Positions 28,451 through 37,890 are shown, numbered from the stretch's first letter. The stretch is 64,000 bases of DNA from an uncultured bacterium (GCA_963752935.1 CAVWAL010000016.1:8549-72548), one strand, 5' to 3'. Program-made: numbers and translations. The notes: generated from the sequence alone by a model not told the origin.

Positions 28451-30019
28451 CTACTCCCACTCAATCGTAGCGGGCGGTTTGCTGCTAATATCATATACCA
28501 CGCGGTTGACCCCGTCTACCTCGTTGACGATACGGTTACTCACCTTCGCCAGCAGATCGTAGGGCAGGCGCGCCCAATCCGCGGTCATGAAATCGTCGGT
28601 GGTGACGGCACGCAGGGCAATCGGATTCTCATAGGTGCGTCCGTCACCCATCACCCCCACACTGTGCACCGGCAGCAGCACGCAGAAGACCTGGCTGGTT
28701 TTGCGGTAGAGATCGGCGGCGCGCAACTCCTCCAGAAAGATGGTGTCGGCCTTGCGCAGCACTTCGAGCCGATCCCAGGTGACTTCGCCTAAGAGCCGGA
28801 TCGCCAGTCCTGGGCCGGGGAAAGGGTGCCGCCAGACGATCTCATCGGGTAGCCCCAACTCTGCGCCCAGGGTACGCACCTCGTCTTTGAAGAGCATACG
28901 CAGCGGTTCGATCAGGCGGAAGGTCATGTCCGCAGGCAGGCCGCCCACATTGTGATGGGTCTTGATCGTGCGAGCGTTGCGCGTCTCCTCATTGCTCGCC
29001 GATTCGATGACGTCGGGGTATAGCGTCCCCTGCGCCAGGAAGGCCGGGTGATCAATACCCCACTCCAGCGCCAAGCGTGCCGCCTCGGCCTCAAAGACGC
29101 GTACGAAGCGTGTACCGATCAATTTACGCTTCAGTTCAGGATCGGTGACACCAACCAGATCGCTGAGGAACTCCTCTTTGGCATCGACGGCGATGAGACG
29201 CATGCCCTGGTGCTGCTCGAAGGTTTCCACCACCTGTTCGGCCTCGCCCTGGCGCAGCAGCCCATGATCGACGAAGATGCAGGTAAGGTTGTCGCCGATA
29301 GCTCGATGGATGAGGGTGGCGGCGACGGCGCTGTCCACGCCGCCACTGAGGCCGCAGATCACGTGTCCATCCGGCCCCACGGTCTGGCGGATGCGGTCGA
29401 CGCTCTCCAGGATCACATTGCCTGCCGTCCAATCGCCGGTGCAGCCGCAGATGCCACGCACAAAGTTGTGCAGCAGTTGGTTACCGTGCGGTGTGTGCAC
29501 GACTTCGGGGTGGAATTGAATACCATAGCGGCGGCGGCCTTCATCGGCTACCGCGGCCAGGGGAGAATTGTCACTGCGGGCGATGGAGATGAAGCCCTCG
29601 GGCAGACGGTCCACGCGGTCGCCGTGGCTCATCCACACACGCTGAGCCGCGGGCAGGTTCACGAAGAGCGGCGACTCGGACAGCAGGCGGATCTCGGCGG
29701 CTCCGTACTCGCGTTCGCTGCTGGGCACGACGTGCCCACCGCCGTAATGAGCCAGCAGTTGCAGGCCGTAACAGATGCCCAGCACCGGCACGTCCCCCGC
29801 CAGGACAATTTCGGGCAGCGTCGGCGCGCCGGCGTCATAGACGCTGTTCGGCCCACCGGATAGGATGACACCGGCCAAATTCTCGATCTGCGGCAACCGC
29901 GCTGCCGCCCGATCCCACGAAATCAACTCGGCAAAGACATTCGCCTCGCGCACCCGGCGGCAGATCAATTGGCTGTATTGGCTGCCATAATCCAGCACGG
30001 CGATGGTTTGGTGTTGCAT
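28451..30019 (-). CDS. guaA: GMP synthase (glutamine-hydrolysing)
   Basis: GATase [11 protein letters not shown]-PPase SGGVDS, C-terminal ...[17 protein letters not shown] before ATG 30019. Confidence 0.95.
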   Translation of the reverse strand: MQHQTIAVLDYGSQYSQLICRRVREANVFAELISWDRAAARLPQIENLAGVILSGGPNSVYDAGAPTLPEIVLAGDVPVLGICYGLQLLAHYGGGHVVPSSEREYGAAEIRLLSESPLFVNLPAAQRVWMSHGDRVDRLPEGFISIARSDNSPLAAVADEGRRRYGIQFHPEVVHTPHGNQLLHNFVRGICGCTGDWTAGNVILESVDRIRQTVGPDGHVICGLSGGVDSAVAATLIHRAIGDNLTCIFVDHGLLRQGEAEQVVETFEQHQGMRLIAVDAKEEFLSDLVGVTDPELKRKLIGTRFVRVFEAEAARLALEWGIDHPAFLAQGTLYPDVIESASNEETRNARTIKTHHNVGGLPADMTFRLIEPLRMLFKDEVRTLGAELGLPDEIVWRHPFPGPGLAIRLLGEVTWDRLEVLRKADTIFLEELRAADLYRKTSQVFCVLLPVHSVGVMGDGRTYENPIALRAVTTDDFMTADWARLPYDLLAKVSNRIVNEVDGVNRVVYDISSKPPATIEWE

Positions 30020-30055
30020 GCAATCTCCTTGGTAGTGAAGGTATGTCAACAAAAC

Positions 30056-30670
30056 CTAGGCAGTTGTCGAAGAACCGCCATCCTCATTCGGATCGCGCAC
30101 CACGATCGCATCATTGTCCATGCTATCGACAATGGCGAGGGTGACGATGGGCACGTTGAGATGCGACAACTGGGCGCGGCCCGATTCAAACGATTTTTCG
30201 ACCAGGCAGCCGATTCCGCACAACGTGGCGCCGCAGTCGGCGATCAGTTGCGCCAGCGCGTGGATCGTTTTGCCCGTGGCCAAAAAGTCGTCGATAAGCA
30301 GCACGCGGTCGGCGGGGTGGAGATATTCGGGCGAGACCATCAACTGCACGATGCCGCCTTTGGTGTGGCTGGGCGCTTCAGATGCGTAGAAGCCTGCGGG
30401 CATGGTGATGGGCCGGTGTTTGCGTGCATAGACAACAGGTACACCCAATGCCATTGCCGTAGTAAGCGCCGGTGCGATGCCGCTGACTTCAGCGGTGATG
30501 ATCTTGGTGATCCCATCGACGCCGGCAGCAGCAAATCGGCGGGCAAATTCCTGCCCCATCTCAACCGTGAGAACCGGATCGAGCTGATGGTTGATGAATC
30601 CGTCAACCTTGAGGATACCGCGCCCCAGGTTGCGTCCTTCACTACGAATACGCTCTACAAGTGCTTTCAC
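30056..30670 (-). CDS. xpt: Xanthine phosphoribosyltransferase
   Basis: GTG start after GGGGAGGA. It carries ILKVDGFINHQ and the PRPP loop VLLIDDFLATGKT. At 204 aa it matches Xpt size. Confidence 0.85.
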   Translation of the reverse strand: MKALVERIRSEGRNLGRGILKVDGFINHQLDPVLTVEMGQEFARRFAAAGVDGITKIITAEVSGIAPALTTAMALGVPVVYARKHRPITMPAGFYASEAPSHTKGGIVQLMVSPEYLHPADRVLLIDDFLATGKTIHALAQLIADCGATLCGIGCLVEKSFESGRAQLSHLNVPIVTLAIVDSMDNDAIVVRDPNEDGGSSTTA

Positions 30671-30779
30671 CCAATTCCTCCCCTGGCGGTTTCGCGGACA
30701 AGATCGTTGCGTCGTGTCTTCAGCCTCAGGTGAAACACGCTGTCCGTATCGTCGCATCTGAGGCGTTTCGTTGCGTCCC

Positions 30780-30808
30780 ATTGTACTGCCCGCCGCGGCA
30801 CAGGACAA
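30780..30808 (-). promoter_or_regulatory. Candidate promoter of xpt-guaA
   Basis: On the minus strand: TTGTCC (30808-30803), a 17-nt spacer, then TACAAT (30785-30780). This leaves a leader of about 100 nt. Confidence 0.5.
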
Positions 30809-30823
30809 AGATTCGGGGAATAC

Positions 30824-30861
30824 AAAAAGCGCAACGATCAGCGCTGATCGTTGCGCTTTTT
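30824..30861. terminator. Bidirectional rho-independent terminator
   Basis: AGCGCAACGATCAGC / GCTGATCGTTGCGCT is a perfect palindrome flanked by A5 and T5. It ends the SPFH operon. Confidence 0.85.
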
Positions 30862-30879
30862 GGCTTGAGAGAGGGAAGG

Positions 30880-31947
30880 TTAGCCCGCCAGGAACTGATC
30901 GATGACGCCCTTGCTAATGCGATATTGGCTGCCGATCTTGCGCGCCGAGATCTGTCCTTCGTCGATCAGGGCCTGGATATCGGCGGGGGCGACCTTCAGA
31001 TAGGCGGCGGCTTCATCCAACGTCATGACGTCGGGCACGGCGGCTGCGCCGGCGCCGGCAGCGGGCGTTTGCCCTTGCTGCGGCTGCTGTTGCTGACCGC
31101 TGTTGAAGGCATTGGCGATCATACCGGCCATACCCGCACCCATACCGATCCCCGCGCCCAAACCCAACCCTTCGGAACTGCCACCGCCGGGCTGCTGTGC
31201 GGCATCGCCCATGGCGCGTGCGGCTTTGAACTGGAGATAGGCGTTCATATCGCCGATAGCACCCATTGCGGCGCGTTCGTCGATGGCCTTGGCGGTCTCT
31301 TCGGTGGGGCTGATGGAGACGATACGAAATTGCTTGAGCGAGATCCCCATCGCCAGGAAGTCATCCTGGAGCGTGGCGCGCATGGCGGCGCCGAGTTCAT
31401 CGAACATCTTGGGCAGATCGAGGATGCTGGTCATGTTTTCTGCGATCACGTCGGTCATCTTGCTGATGATGACGCTGCGCAGAAAGTCGCTGATCTGCGC
31501 TGTGCGGTACATGCCCTGCGTACCCACAAACTGATCGACAAAGCGTTTGGGGTCGGCAACCTGGATGGAGTACTGTCCGAAGCCGCGCAGCCGAACCAGG
31601 CCCAGATCGGTGTCGCGCAGGCTGATCGGCTCGGGGGTACCCCATTTTTGGTCGGTGAACTCACGCATGTTGACGAAATAGACTTCGGCGGTGAATACGT
31701 TATCGCCACCGGTGCCGAAGCGCATGAGCGTGGAAAGGACAGGCAGGTTGGCGGTGGAGATGGTGTGTCGTCCCGGCTCGAAGAGATCGAGCGAGCGTCC
31801 ATCGCGGTAGAAAACGGCGCGCTGGCTTTCGCGTACGATCACTTGACTGCCAAACCTGAAATCGCCGGAATCAAACTCCGGTTTGCGTACAACCAACTCA
31901 TCTGGCCCTTGATTGGGCGCTTCGACAACGTCAATGATCCTTGGCAT
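30880..31947 (-). CDS. SPFH/band-7 (YdjI / COG4260-type) protein fused to a C-terminal excisionase-family HTH
   Basis: The N-terminus IIDVVEAPNQGPDELVVRKP...VIVRESQRAVFYRDG...NLPVLSTL is typical of YdjI-like SPFH proteins. A Gly/Ala/Gln linker follows. The C-terminus MTLDEAAAYLKVAPADIQALIDEGQISARKIGSQYRISKGVIDQFL matches the HTH_17 pattern. Confidence 0.75.
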   Translation of the reverse strand: MPRIIDVVEAPNQGPDELVVRKPEFDSGDFRFGSQVIVRESQRAVFYRDGRSLDLFEPGRHTISTANLPVLSTLMRFGTGGDNVFTAEVYFVNMREFTDQKWGTPEPISLRDTDLGLVRLRGFGQYSIQVADPKRFVDQFVGTQGMYRTAQISDFLRSVIISKMTDVIAENMTSILDLPKMFDELGAAMRATLQDDFLAMGISLKQFRIVSISPTEETAKAIDERAAMGAIGDMNAYLQFKAARAMGDAAQQPGGGSSEGLGLGAGIGMGAGMAGMIANAFNSGQQQQPQQGQTPAAGAGAAAVPDVMTLDEAAAYLKVAPADIQALIDEGQISARKIGSQYRISKGVIDQFLAG

Positions 31948-31994
31948 GGTGAAATCTCCTTTGGGCTTGAAAAGCGCAGTTATCTGGTTACTGA

Positions 31995-32594
31995 CTATTT
32001 AGATGCTTGGGCGCCGTACTGGTCGGCCGCCTTGAGCCAGTCTTCACTGACGTTGGGGGCTTCACCTTCCAGTAACGCTGGATCCTCGACGGCACGGTGG
32101 CGCTGATCGAAGAGACGGTTCATTTCGATGAGCTTCTGGTTGAGCGTATCGATAGCCTCTTCGACACCACCCTCACCGATCGCCTTCTCCAGCCCGTCTA
32201 CGGCTTCGCTGATCTCGTAGGTGCGCGCGGCCAACGCCACGTCGAAGCGGTGGAGAGCGTCCAGTTGTTCTTCTTTGATGCGCACAGCATTGAAGAGACC
32301 GGCGTAGCCATAGCTGGCAGTAGTCACCCGATCGGCCAGCGTCTGCAATTTCTGCACAACCCCGTCCACATCATCGAGGTAGCGCAGACCACCGTTGCGC
32401 AGTAGGTTTTGCTGTAAAGAATAGATCCGCTGTTTTTCGGCGGTCAACCCTTCGGCAATCGTCTGGCGCAGGCGATAGTCCGCATCCCGGCGCAATTCTT
32501 TATCTACATAGCCGCGGATAATCGGCAGTCCTTTGAGCAGCCGTTCGATAGCGCCCATCTCATCTTTGGACCTGTCAACAAATGGATTGGACAT
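31995..32594 (-). CDS. Coiled-coil protein (hypothetical)
   Basis: RBS GAGGAG before ATG 32594. It is 199 aa, helix-rich, with no TM helix. I recognised no family. Confidence 0.6.
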   Translation of the reverse strand: MSNPFVDRSKDEMGAIERLLKGLPIIRGYVDKELRRDADYRLRQTIAEGLTAEKQRIYSLQQNLLRNGGLRYLDDVDGVVQKLQTLADRVTTASYGYAGLFNAVRIKEEQLDALHRFDVALAARTYEISEAVDGLEKAIGEGGVEEAIDTLNQKLIEMNRLFDQRHRAVEDPALLEGEAPNVSEDWLKAADQYGAQASK

Positions 32595-32653
32595 TGGTTC
32601 TCCTCGTGAATACGAAAAACGTGAAAGAATGGGGAATCGAGAGTCTGTATTTA

Positions 32654-33208
32654 TCAGGAACTTGTAGACGGCGCTGCCGTCGCTGCGGCCGCCCGCTTGG
32701 TCAAGAAGACTTCGCTGCCACACCAGGGACAAACGATCACACCTTTGCCGGCGAACTGCAATTCGCCGCCGCAGTTCGGGCACTTGCGGTTATCCGTCAG
32801 TTGCTGGCTTTCCACACTGTAGAGGACGCCTTTGTCCCAGTTGATGGCGCCGCTGAAAAGCTGCTTGCCCACTACGTTGCGGATCATCGCTTCGACCTGC
32901 TCACGCGGTTCTTCCAGTTCGACCACGATTTCCTGGATCGTCACCTGGCCTTGGGTAAGGACCATGTTGAGGATTGTTTTCTCTTTGGCAACCTGGGCAA
33001 ACTGGCCTTCCTCCTGCCGTCCTTTGCGGAAAAGGTAGAAGCCAATCGCTGCCAGTGGGGCGCACACGATCAACGCCAGAAAAACGCCCAGCACGATGCC
33101 GCCGGGGCTGTTGCCTTCCGCCGTGATAACTGTCAATGACCAGCCGATCAAAAGAACGACGGCGATGATCATCATGGCGATACCGATAATGCGTCCACCT
33201 CCGCGCAT
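32654..33208 (-). CDS. Membrane protein with two N-terminal TM helices and a C-terminal zinc ribbon
   Basis: IIGIAMMIIAVVLLIGW and GIVLGVFLALIVCAPLAAIGFYLF TM helices. The C-terminal ribbon is CPNCGGELQF...VCPWCGSEV. Confidence 0.65.
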   Translation of the reverse strand: MRGGGRIIGIAMMIIAVVLLIGWSLTVITAEGNSPGGIVLGVFLALIVCAPLAAIGFYLFRKGRQEEGQFAQVAKEKTILNMVLTQGQVTIQEIVVELEEPREQVEAMIRNVVGKQLFSGAINWDKGVLYSVESQQLTDNRKCPNCGGELQFAGKGVIVCPWCGSEVFLTKRAAAATAAPSTSS

Positions 33209-33293
33209 AAGTCTCTCCTAAAGGCTCAGAATGAATATTCACAAAAGCATTGAACGGCGTGATGATCGAGATAAAGCGGTTCTGCCCATCAAC

Positions 33294-35255
33294 TCATCCA
33301 AATCCACCACCGCCGCCACCGCCACCGCCGCCGCCCCCACCACCGCCGCCAGAGAAGCCGCCGCCACCGCTCCAGCCGCCACCGCTCGACGATGAACTGG
33401 CCGGGCGACTGGTCATGGTGGCGCTGGCACTGTTGAGCATGGCGCCCAATCCGGCGCTCATCCCGGCCAGACTGCTGCCCATGCCGCGGCTGGCGCTGCT
33501 CAATCCACCGCCCAGGCTGCCGCCTTCACCGGCGCCGCCCATAAAGTCACCCATTCCACCGCCTGTCGACGTGGCGATAGGACCAGTGCCATAGTAGCGC
33601 TGTCGGTACGGGCCGTAGAGCGTGGGGTTAGGGATGTACCAGCCCGGCGCAGGGGCGTCGATGCGCTCAAACTTGGCCAGATATTGTTTCTCGACGCCAA
33701 AGGCAATGGCATAAGGAAGCCAGCGATCCCAGATCGTCTTCTGCTGTTCCAGATCGCTGTAGCGATCGATATCGGCCAGATACCGCTTAAAGGCTTCCCA
33801 CCGTGCTGCGGCCTCAGATCCTTGATCGGTCTTGCGCGGCATGTAGCGCGACAACAGAAGGAACCCCAACGCCGTAACGCCCAGGCCGAACCCTGGTAGA
33901 AAGGCAGCAGCCGTCAGTTCGCCAAACATCCCCAACAGGACAACACCCGCCACCACGGCCAGGATCAGAAGGATAACGCCCAGACACCCATACTGGTTGC
34001 GCACATTTTCGGGATTGCGAGCGAAGAACCCCTCTTCGGTGACCGCGTTGTACAGCGCCGTCTTGATCTTGGGGATCTTTTCGTAGAACTTGTTCTTGAG
34101 ATCCGACAGCTCCACCTCCTCTTTGCCGCCAAAGACGCTATCCAGGACCAACTTTTCATAGGCGCGCATGGGGACACCTTCATTTTCGCGCCGATAGATA
34201 AAGTCTGTTGACGTCGTCAAAAAGCCGCTCTTCTTCACCTCGGTGATGCTAATCGCCTTGCGCCGTGCCAGATCGACCAGCGTCGCCACAATGTCCTGCA
34301 TGTCGGCCTGTTCATCGAGGAGCGTCCCCACGAGGCCGGGCGGCAGATCATCAGGCGGCTCGGGCAAATAATCGGCCACAACGTCCACCGGTTTATCGCG
34401 ACCGAGTCGATCCCAAAGCAGATAGAGCAACGCCGGTCCACCCAGCAGGAAGAGAGCGCCCAGTGCGCCCAATCCAACCGTCGCAATCGGAGCCCACCTT
34501 TGCTGATACGCCTGCGCCGCTTCGCGTTCGGCCACTACTTGATCGGCCTGCACCTGCCAGGGTTGAGCCGAACCGGCCACCACCCCAGGGGCAAACTCGA
34601 CCCGCACTTCAAATTCTTCGCCCGCTTGCAAGCGTCGATCCAGATCAAACAGGACAGATCTCTGCCCTTCGAGCACTGTCGCTGTGGCGGAATCGCGCGC
34701 GTCACGCTCGTTGATATAGGCGGCCCATTCCTGGATCGGGGCCGGTGTTTCCACCGTCACGCGTCCTTCAAGCACGGGAAAGCTGCGATCCCCATAGATC
34801 GCCTTCCACCATACTTGATCCCCACCCTCGTAGAAACGTATGCCGCCGTGAACGCGGTAGCTGAGCGTATAGGTTTCCGTCTCGTTGCGCATGGGGGGGA
34901 AGTACCAGCGGATCACATAACTTGAGCCCTCTTCGTCGACCGTGAAGGTGTAGGGCGATCCGCTGCCGCTGACCAGCTCATAGCGGTTGCCGCTTGAGTC
35001 GGTTACGGCCCAGTCATCGATGTAATTATAAAAACGTATAGGGATATCTCGATAACCGAAGGTGAATTCACCATCGGTGAAACGAATCTGCTGGTGTTCA
35101 GCGACATCGAACGTACCGTCTGTGTTGACAAGGATGTCCACATCAAAGCGGTCCCACACCAGGGACTTTTCCTGAGCCTGGATCGCCAGTGGCATCAATA
35201 TCACACAGAGCAGTGCGATGAGCCAGGGCAATTGACGACGCACAAGCAACTTCAT
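33294..35255 (-). CDS. DUF2207-family membrane protein with a poly-Gly C-terminal tail
   Basis: Signal peptide [31 protein letters not shown]2207-like ectodomain, several TM helices, and the tail [33 protein letters not shown]. Confidence 0.75.
   Translation of the reverse strand: MKLLVRRQLPWLIALLCVILMPLAIQAQEKSLVWDRFDVDILVNTDGTFDVAEHQQIRFTDGEFTFGYRDIPIRFYNYIDDWAVTDSSGNRYELVSGSGSPYTFTVDEEGSSYVIRWYFPPMRNETETYTLSYRVHGGIRFYEGGDQVWWKAIYGDRSFPVLEGRVTVETPAPIQEWAAYINERDARDSATATVLEGQRSVLFDLDRRLQAGEEFEVRVEFAPGVVAGSAQPWQVQADQVVAEREAAQAYQQRWAPIATVGLGALGALFLLGGPALLYLLWDRLGRDKPVDVVADYLPEPPDDLPPGLVGTLLDEQADMQDIVATLVDLARRKAISITEVKKSGFLTTSTDFIYRRENEGVPMRAYEKLVLDSVFGGKEEVELSDLKNKFYEKIPKIKTALYNAVTEEGFFARNPENVRNQYGCLGVILLILAVVAGVVLLGMFGELTAAAFLPGFGLGVTALGFLLLSRYMPRKTDQGSEAAARWEAFKRYLADIDRYSDLEQQKTIWDRWLPYAIAFGVEKQYLAKFERIDAPAPGWYIPNPTLYGPYRQRYYGTGPIATSTGGGMGDFMGGAGEGGSLGGGLSSASRGMGSSLAGMSAGLGAMLNSASATMTSRPASSSSSGGGWSGGGGFSGGGGGGGGGGGGGGGGFG
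33297..33383 (-). repeat. Low-complexity (GGN)n tract encoding the poly-Gly tail
   Basis: 16 consecutive Gly codons at 33303-33350 plus flanking GGGG/GGG blocks. The + strand poly-Pro ORF 33250-33594 is its shadow. Confidence 0.9.
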
Positions 35256-35386
35256 GGTAGCCTCGTTTCAGGAATCATTCGATAGGGTAAGCCAATATAG
35301 CAAGAATAGTATGCTCTAGCCGCAAGCGATCCACCTGACATTCTATCAACAATTTACCTGACCTTCAACACAGCCGCAGCGTCAGG

Positions 35387-35541
35387 GTGTGTCCCATATT
35401 AATTATTAGGGGGTCCGTATCTTCCGGGAAGCCACGACGGATGGACACGGAGGTCCATCCCTACGTGTAGGGACCGGCCTCCGTGCCGGTCCGTTCTGCG
35501 TAGCTGCCCTGAAGATCAGAACCGAAATACTTGGGACGCAC
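35387..35541 (-). mobile_element. MITE-like element, one-unit copy (inverted relative to the 59.7 kb copy)
   Basis: It has the same arms and the same double-hairpin core as 59654-60108. The termini are GTGTGTCCCA...TGGGACGCAC. It sits between the DUF2207 operon and rsfS. Confidence 0.6.
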
Positions 35542-35578
35542 GTCCTCAGCGCAAATTCATTGAGTCGGAGCCGTCTTT

Positions 35579-36007
35579 GTGCTAAAATGCGTAGTGTCCT
35601 GTGTTACCTATCAGAATTTTTCGATTCACTACAGTCAGCCCAAGGAGGCATGTCTGGACAGCAATGAACTCGCTCGACGAATCGTAGAGATTGTCGAGGA
35701 TAAACAATCGTCGGATATTTTGCTGCTCAACGTGAGTGAGCAGACCACCATCGCCACCTTTTTTGTAATCGCTACGGTGGACAACGAGCGGCAAGCCAAT
35801 GCCATTCGCGATGAATTGTGGGAACAACTTCAAGTAAAAGAAAAAATCCGCCCCCTCAACAGCAGCGCGCCGGTTGGCAACAGTGGCGGTTGGATCTTAC
35901 TTGATTACGGCGATGTCATCCTGCACTTGTTTACTGAAGAGGCCCGACTTTACTACAACCTTGACGAACTCTGGCAAGATGCAAATGTTGTTCTAAGAAT
36001 GTTGTAG
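35579..36007 (+). CDS. rsfS: Ribosome silencing factor RsfS (iojap-like)
   Basis: ILLLNVSEQTTIATFFVIATVDNERQANAIRDEL and GGWILLDYGDVILHLF motifs. These are maximal ORF coordinates. The true start is probably near 35654 (CTG after AAGGAGG). Confidence 0.8.
   Translation: MLKCVVSCVTYQNFSIHYSQPKEACLDSNELARRIVEIVEDKQSSDILLLNVSEQTTIATFFVIATVDNERQANAIRDELWEQLQVKEKIRPLNSSAPVGNSGGWILLDYGDVILHLFTEEARLYYNLDELWQDANVVLRML
35580..35588 (+). promoter_or_regulatory. Extended -10-like element TGCTAAAAT upstream of rsfS
   Basis: TG-C-TAAAAT at 35580-35588, which lies inside the maximal rsfS ORF. Confidence 0.35.
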
Positions 36008-36036
36008 CGTCAGGATCTTCGGATTTGATTGGGATC

Positions 36037-36072
36037 AAAAAACGGCTTCCGCCGTAGCGAGAAGCCGTTTTT
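36037..36072. terminator. Bidirectional terminator between rsfS and ndk
   Basis: AAACGGCTTC pairs with GAAGCCGTTT, with an A-run before and a T-run after. Confidence 0.8.
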
Positions 36073-36106
36073 GCGCGTTTGCCTGGTTACGCCGTTTGAC
36101 TCGCGT

Positions 36107-36553
36107 CTATTCGAAAATCCACGGATCGGCCGCACGTCCCCAACTGACCAAATCCTCGCCAAACCAGAGGGCGATTTCACTGGCCGCTGTGTCCGGGCCG
36201 TCGCTGCCATGCACCAGGTTGCGCCCGATTTCCAGACCGTAATCTGCGCGGATCGTGCCGGGGTCGGCTTCTGCCGGCTTGGTGGCCCCCATCGTCTTGC
36301 GCACAGCCGCGATCGCATTGGTGCCTTCGAGCACCAGTGTCACCACGGGGCCGCTGATGATGTACTGGATCAGCCCGTTGAAGAAGGGTTTCCCCTCGTG
36401 CACAGCGTAGTGTTTGCGCGCCAGTTCTTCACTGACCTGCATGAACTTCATCCCCGCGATCTTTAGGCCGCGGCGTTCAAAGCGAGCCACAATCTCGCCG
36501 ACCAGGCCGCGCTGCACAGCATCCGGCTTGATGATGACAAAAGTGCGTTCCAT
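36107..36553 (-). CDS. ndk: Nucleoside-diphosphate kinase
   Basis: [21 protein letters not shown] and NLVHGSDG (active-site His). Confidence 0.95.
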   Translation of the reverse strand: MERTFVIIKPDAVQRGLVGEIVARFERRGLKIAGMKFMQVSEELARKHYAVHEGKPFFNGLIQYIISGPVVTLVLEGTNAIAAVRKTMGATKPAEADPGTIRADYGLEIGRNLVHGSDGPDTAASEIALWFGEDLVSWGRAADPWIFE

Positions 36554-36650
36554 TGTGTTGGTATCTCCTCAAATGCATGGGTCGTCTGTTGGTCGGCGCG
36601 CGGGCAAGCGGCGCGCCAGCCCATACCTTAGCGCATCCGTCAGGATTCGT

Positions 36651-37457
36651 CTAATTCGTCGCCGTCATTTCGCTAACTTCGGCAAAGAAGCGGGCTTCTC
36701 GCGAGGAGATCATCAGGGGGGCAGGCGCAGTATGCGCCCTATGTATGCCGTAGCGACTGGCAGCGTAAGCGCCGTCTGTGTCCATTGCAGTGAGTGGGGC
36801 CTGAGCCAACGCCCGATCGTCATCGTCGCCTACCTCGGCTGATACCAACCAGGCCAGGAGCAGGTTGGGGTCGCGGATGGCTAACGAATGCGCCAGATCG
36901 ATGGCGGCATCGATCTCACCGCTCTGCCAGAGGCATTCGAGATAGCCACTATAAATATCAGGGCGATCCGGATAGCTGGACATCAAGGTGGCGTAGATCT
37001 GCTGGGCCTCTCGCCAACGGCTCCCATGCCGATACACGGTGGCCAATGCGGCCTGGCTAAGCGTCAGGGCGGATGCCTGACCGAGGGTCGTCCGTACAAC
37101 GCCGGCGCGAACCTGCCGATTGTAGGGGGCTTGCTCAAAGGCCAGATGCCAGAAGCGCTGGGCCATCGATGGGTTGCCGATCTCTTCGGCTGCATTGGCA
37201 AGCACAGCCCAGGCCAACTCTTGCATAGGATCTGCTTGCAGCAATCGCCTCGCCCACAGTTCCCCATCGCGCCAACGCCGCGTCAACCACAGCGCGTGGA
37301 GCATCTGACGTTGGGCGGGCAAGTAGCGCGGCAGTTGGCGCAGGATCACAGGCAGCAAACGTAAGGCTGTACCAGGGCGGTTTTGTCCTAGCACTCGATC
37401 GATAACCTGCCGCCAACTACTCAGATCAGTGACATCGTCGTGCGGTCGATCTTGCAT
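36651..37457 (-). CDS. TPR-like repeat protein (hypothetical)
   Basis: 268 aa, helical-repeat-like sequence. It starts 7 nt after the mce stop. Confidence 0.5.
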   Translation of the reverse strand: MQDRPHDDVTDLSSWRQVIDRVLGQNRPGTALRLLPVILRQLPRYLPAQRQMLHALWLTRRWRDGELWARRLLQADPMQELAWAVLANAAEEIGNPSMAQRFWHLAFEQAPYNRQVRAGVVRTTLGQASALTLSQAALATVYRHGSRWREAQQIYATLMSSYPDRPDIYSGYLECLWQSGEIDAAIDLAHSLAIRDPNLLLAWLVSAEVGDDDDRALAQAPLTAMDTDGAYAASRYGIHRAHTAPAPLMISSREARFFAEVSEMTATN

Positions 37458-37464
37458 GGCGAGA

Positions 37465-37890
37465 TCAGGGCTCCGCTCGCTGCAACAACTCGATCATGAC
37501 ACCATGGGTCGCCTTAGGGTGGACAAAGGCGACCAGGCCGTGGATGCCCCTACGCGGGGTTTCATCGATCAGGCGCAGCCCCTGTTGGCGCAGATGGTCC
37601 AAGGCCGCGCCAATGTCATCCACCGCAAAGCAGATATGGTGAGTGCCTTCACCGCGCGCCGCTAAGAAACGCGCCGTGCCACTCTGGGGGTCGATGGGGG
37701 CCAGCAGTTCCAGTGTGCTGTTACCGGCATCGAGGAAGGCAACGTCCACGCCATGCTCGGGTGCGGAATGACGCTCGAGTAGGCGCATCCCCATCAACTC
37801 CCCGTACGTTTTGAGCGCATCATCAATACTGCGCACCACAATACCCACATGATCCAGATGGCGGAGGAAGGGAGAGATGTTTGTGTTCAA
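37465..37890 (-). CDS. mce: Methylmalonyl-CoA epimerase (VOC family)
   Basis: LDHVGIVV...HHICFAVDDI...AFVHPKATHGVMIELLQ. It is adjacent to the mutase gene. Confidence 0.85.
   Translation of the reverse strand: MNTNISPFLRHLDHVGIVVRSIDDALKTYGELMGMRLLERHSAPEHGVDVAFLDAGNSTLELLAPIDPQSGTARFLAARGEGTHHICFAVDDIGAALDHLRQQGLRLIDETPRRGIHGLVAFVHPKATHGVMIELLQRAEP

Noticed and set aside
30671-30780. Classical guanine/purine riboswitch upstream of xpt
   Set aside because: The conserved J1/2, L2, J2/3 and J3/1 sequences of RF00167 are not visible. The region is kept only as a candidate novel leader in the findings.
33250-33594. Poly-proline ORF ([14 protein letters not shown]) on the + strand
   Set aside because: It is the reverse-complement shadow of the poly-Gly tail of the DUF2207 gene.
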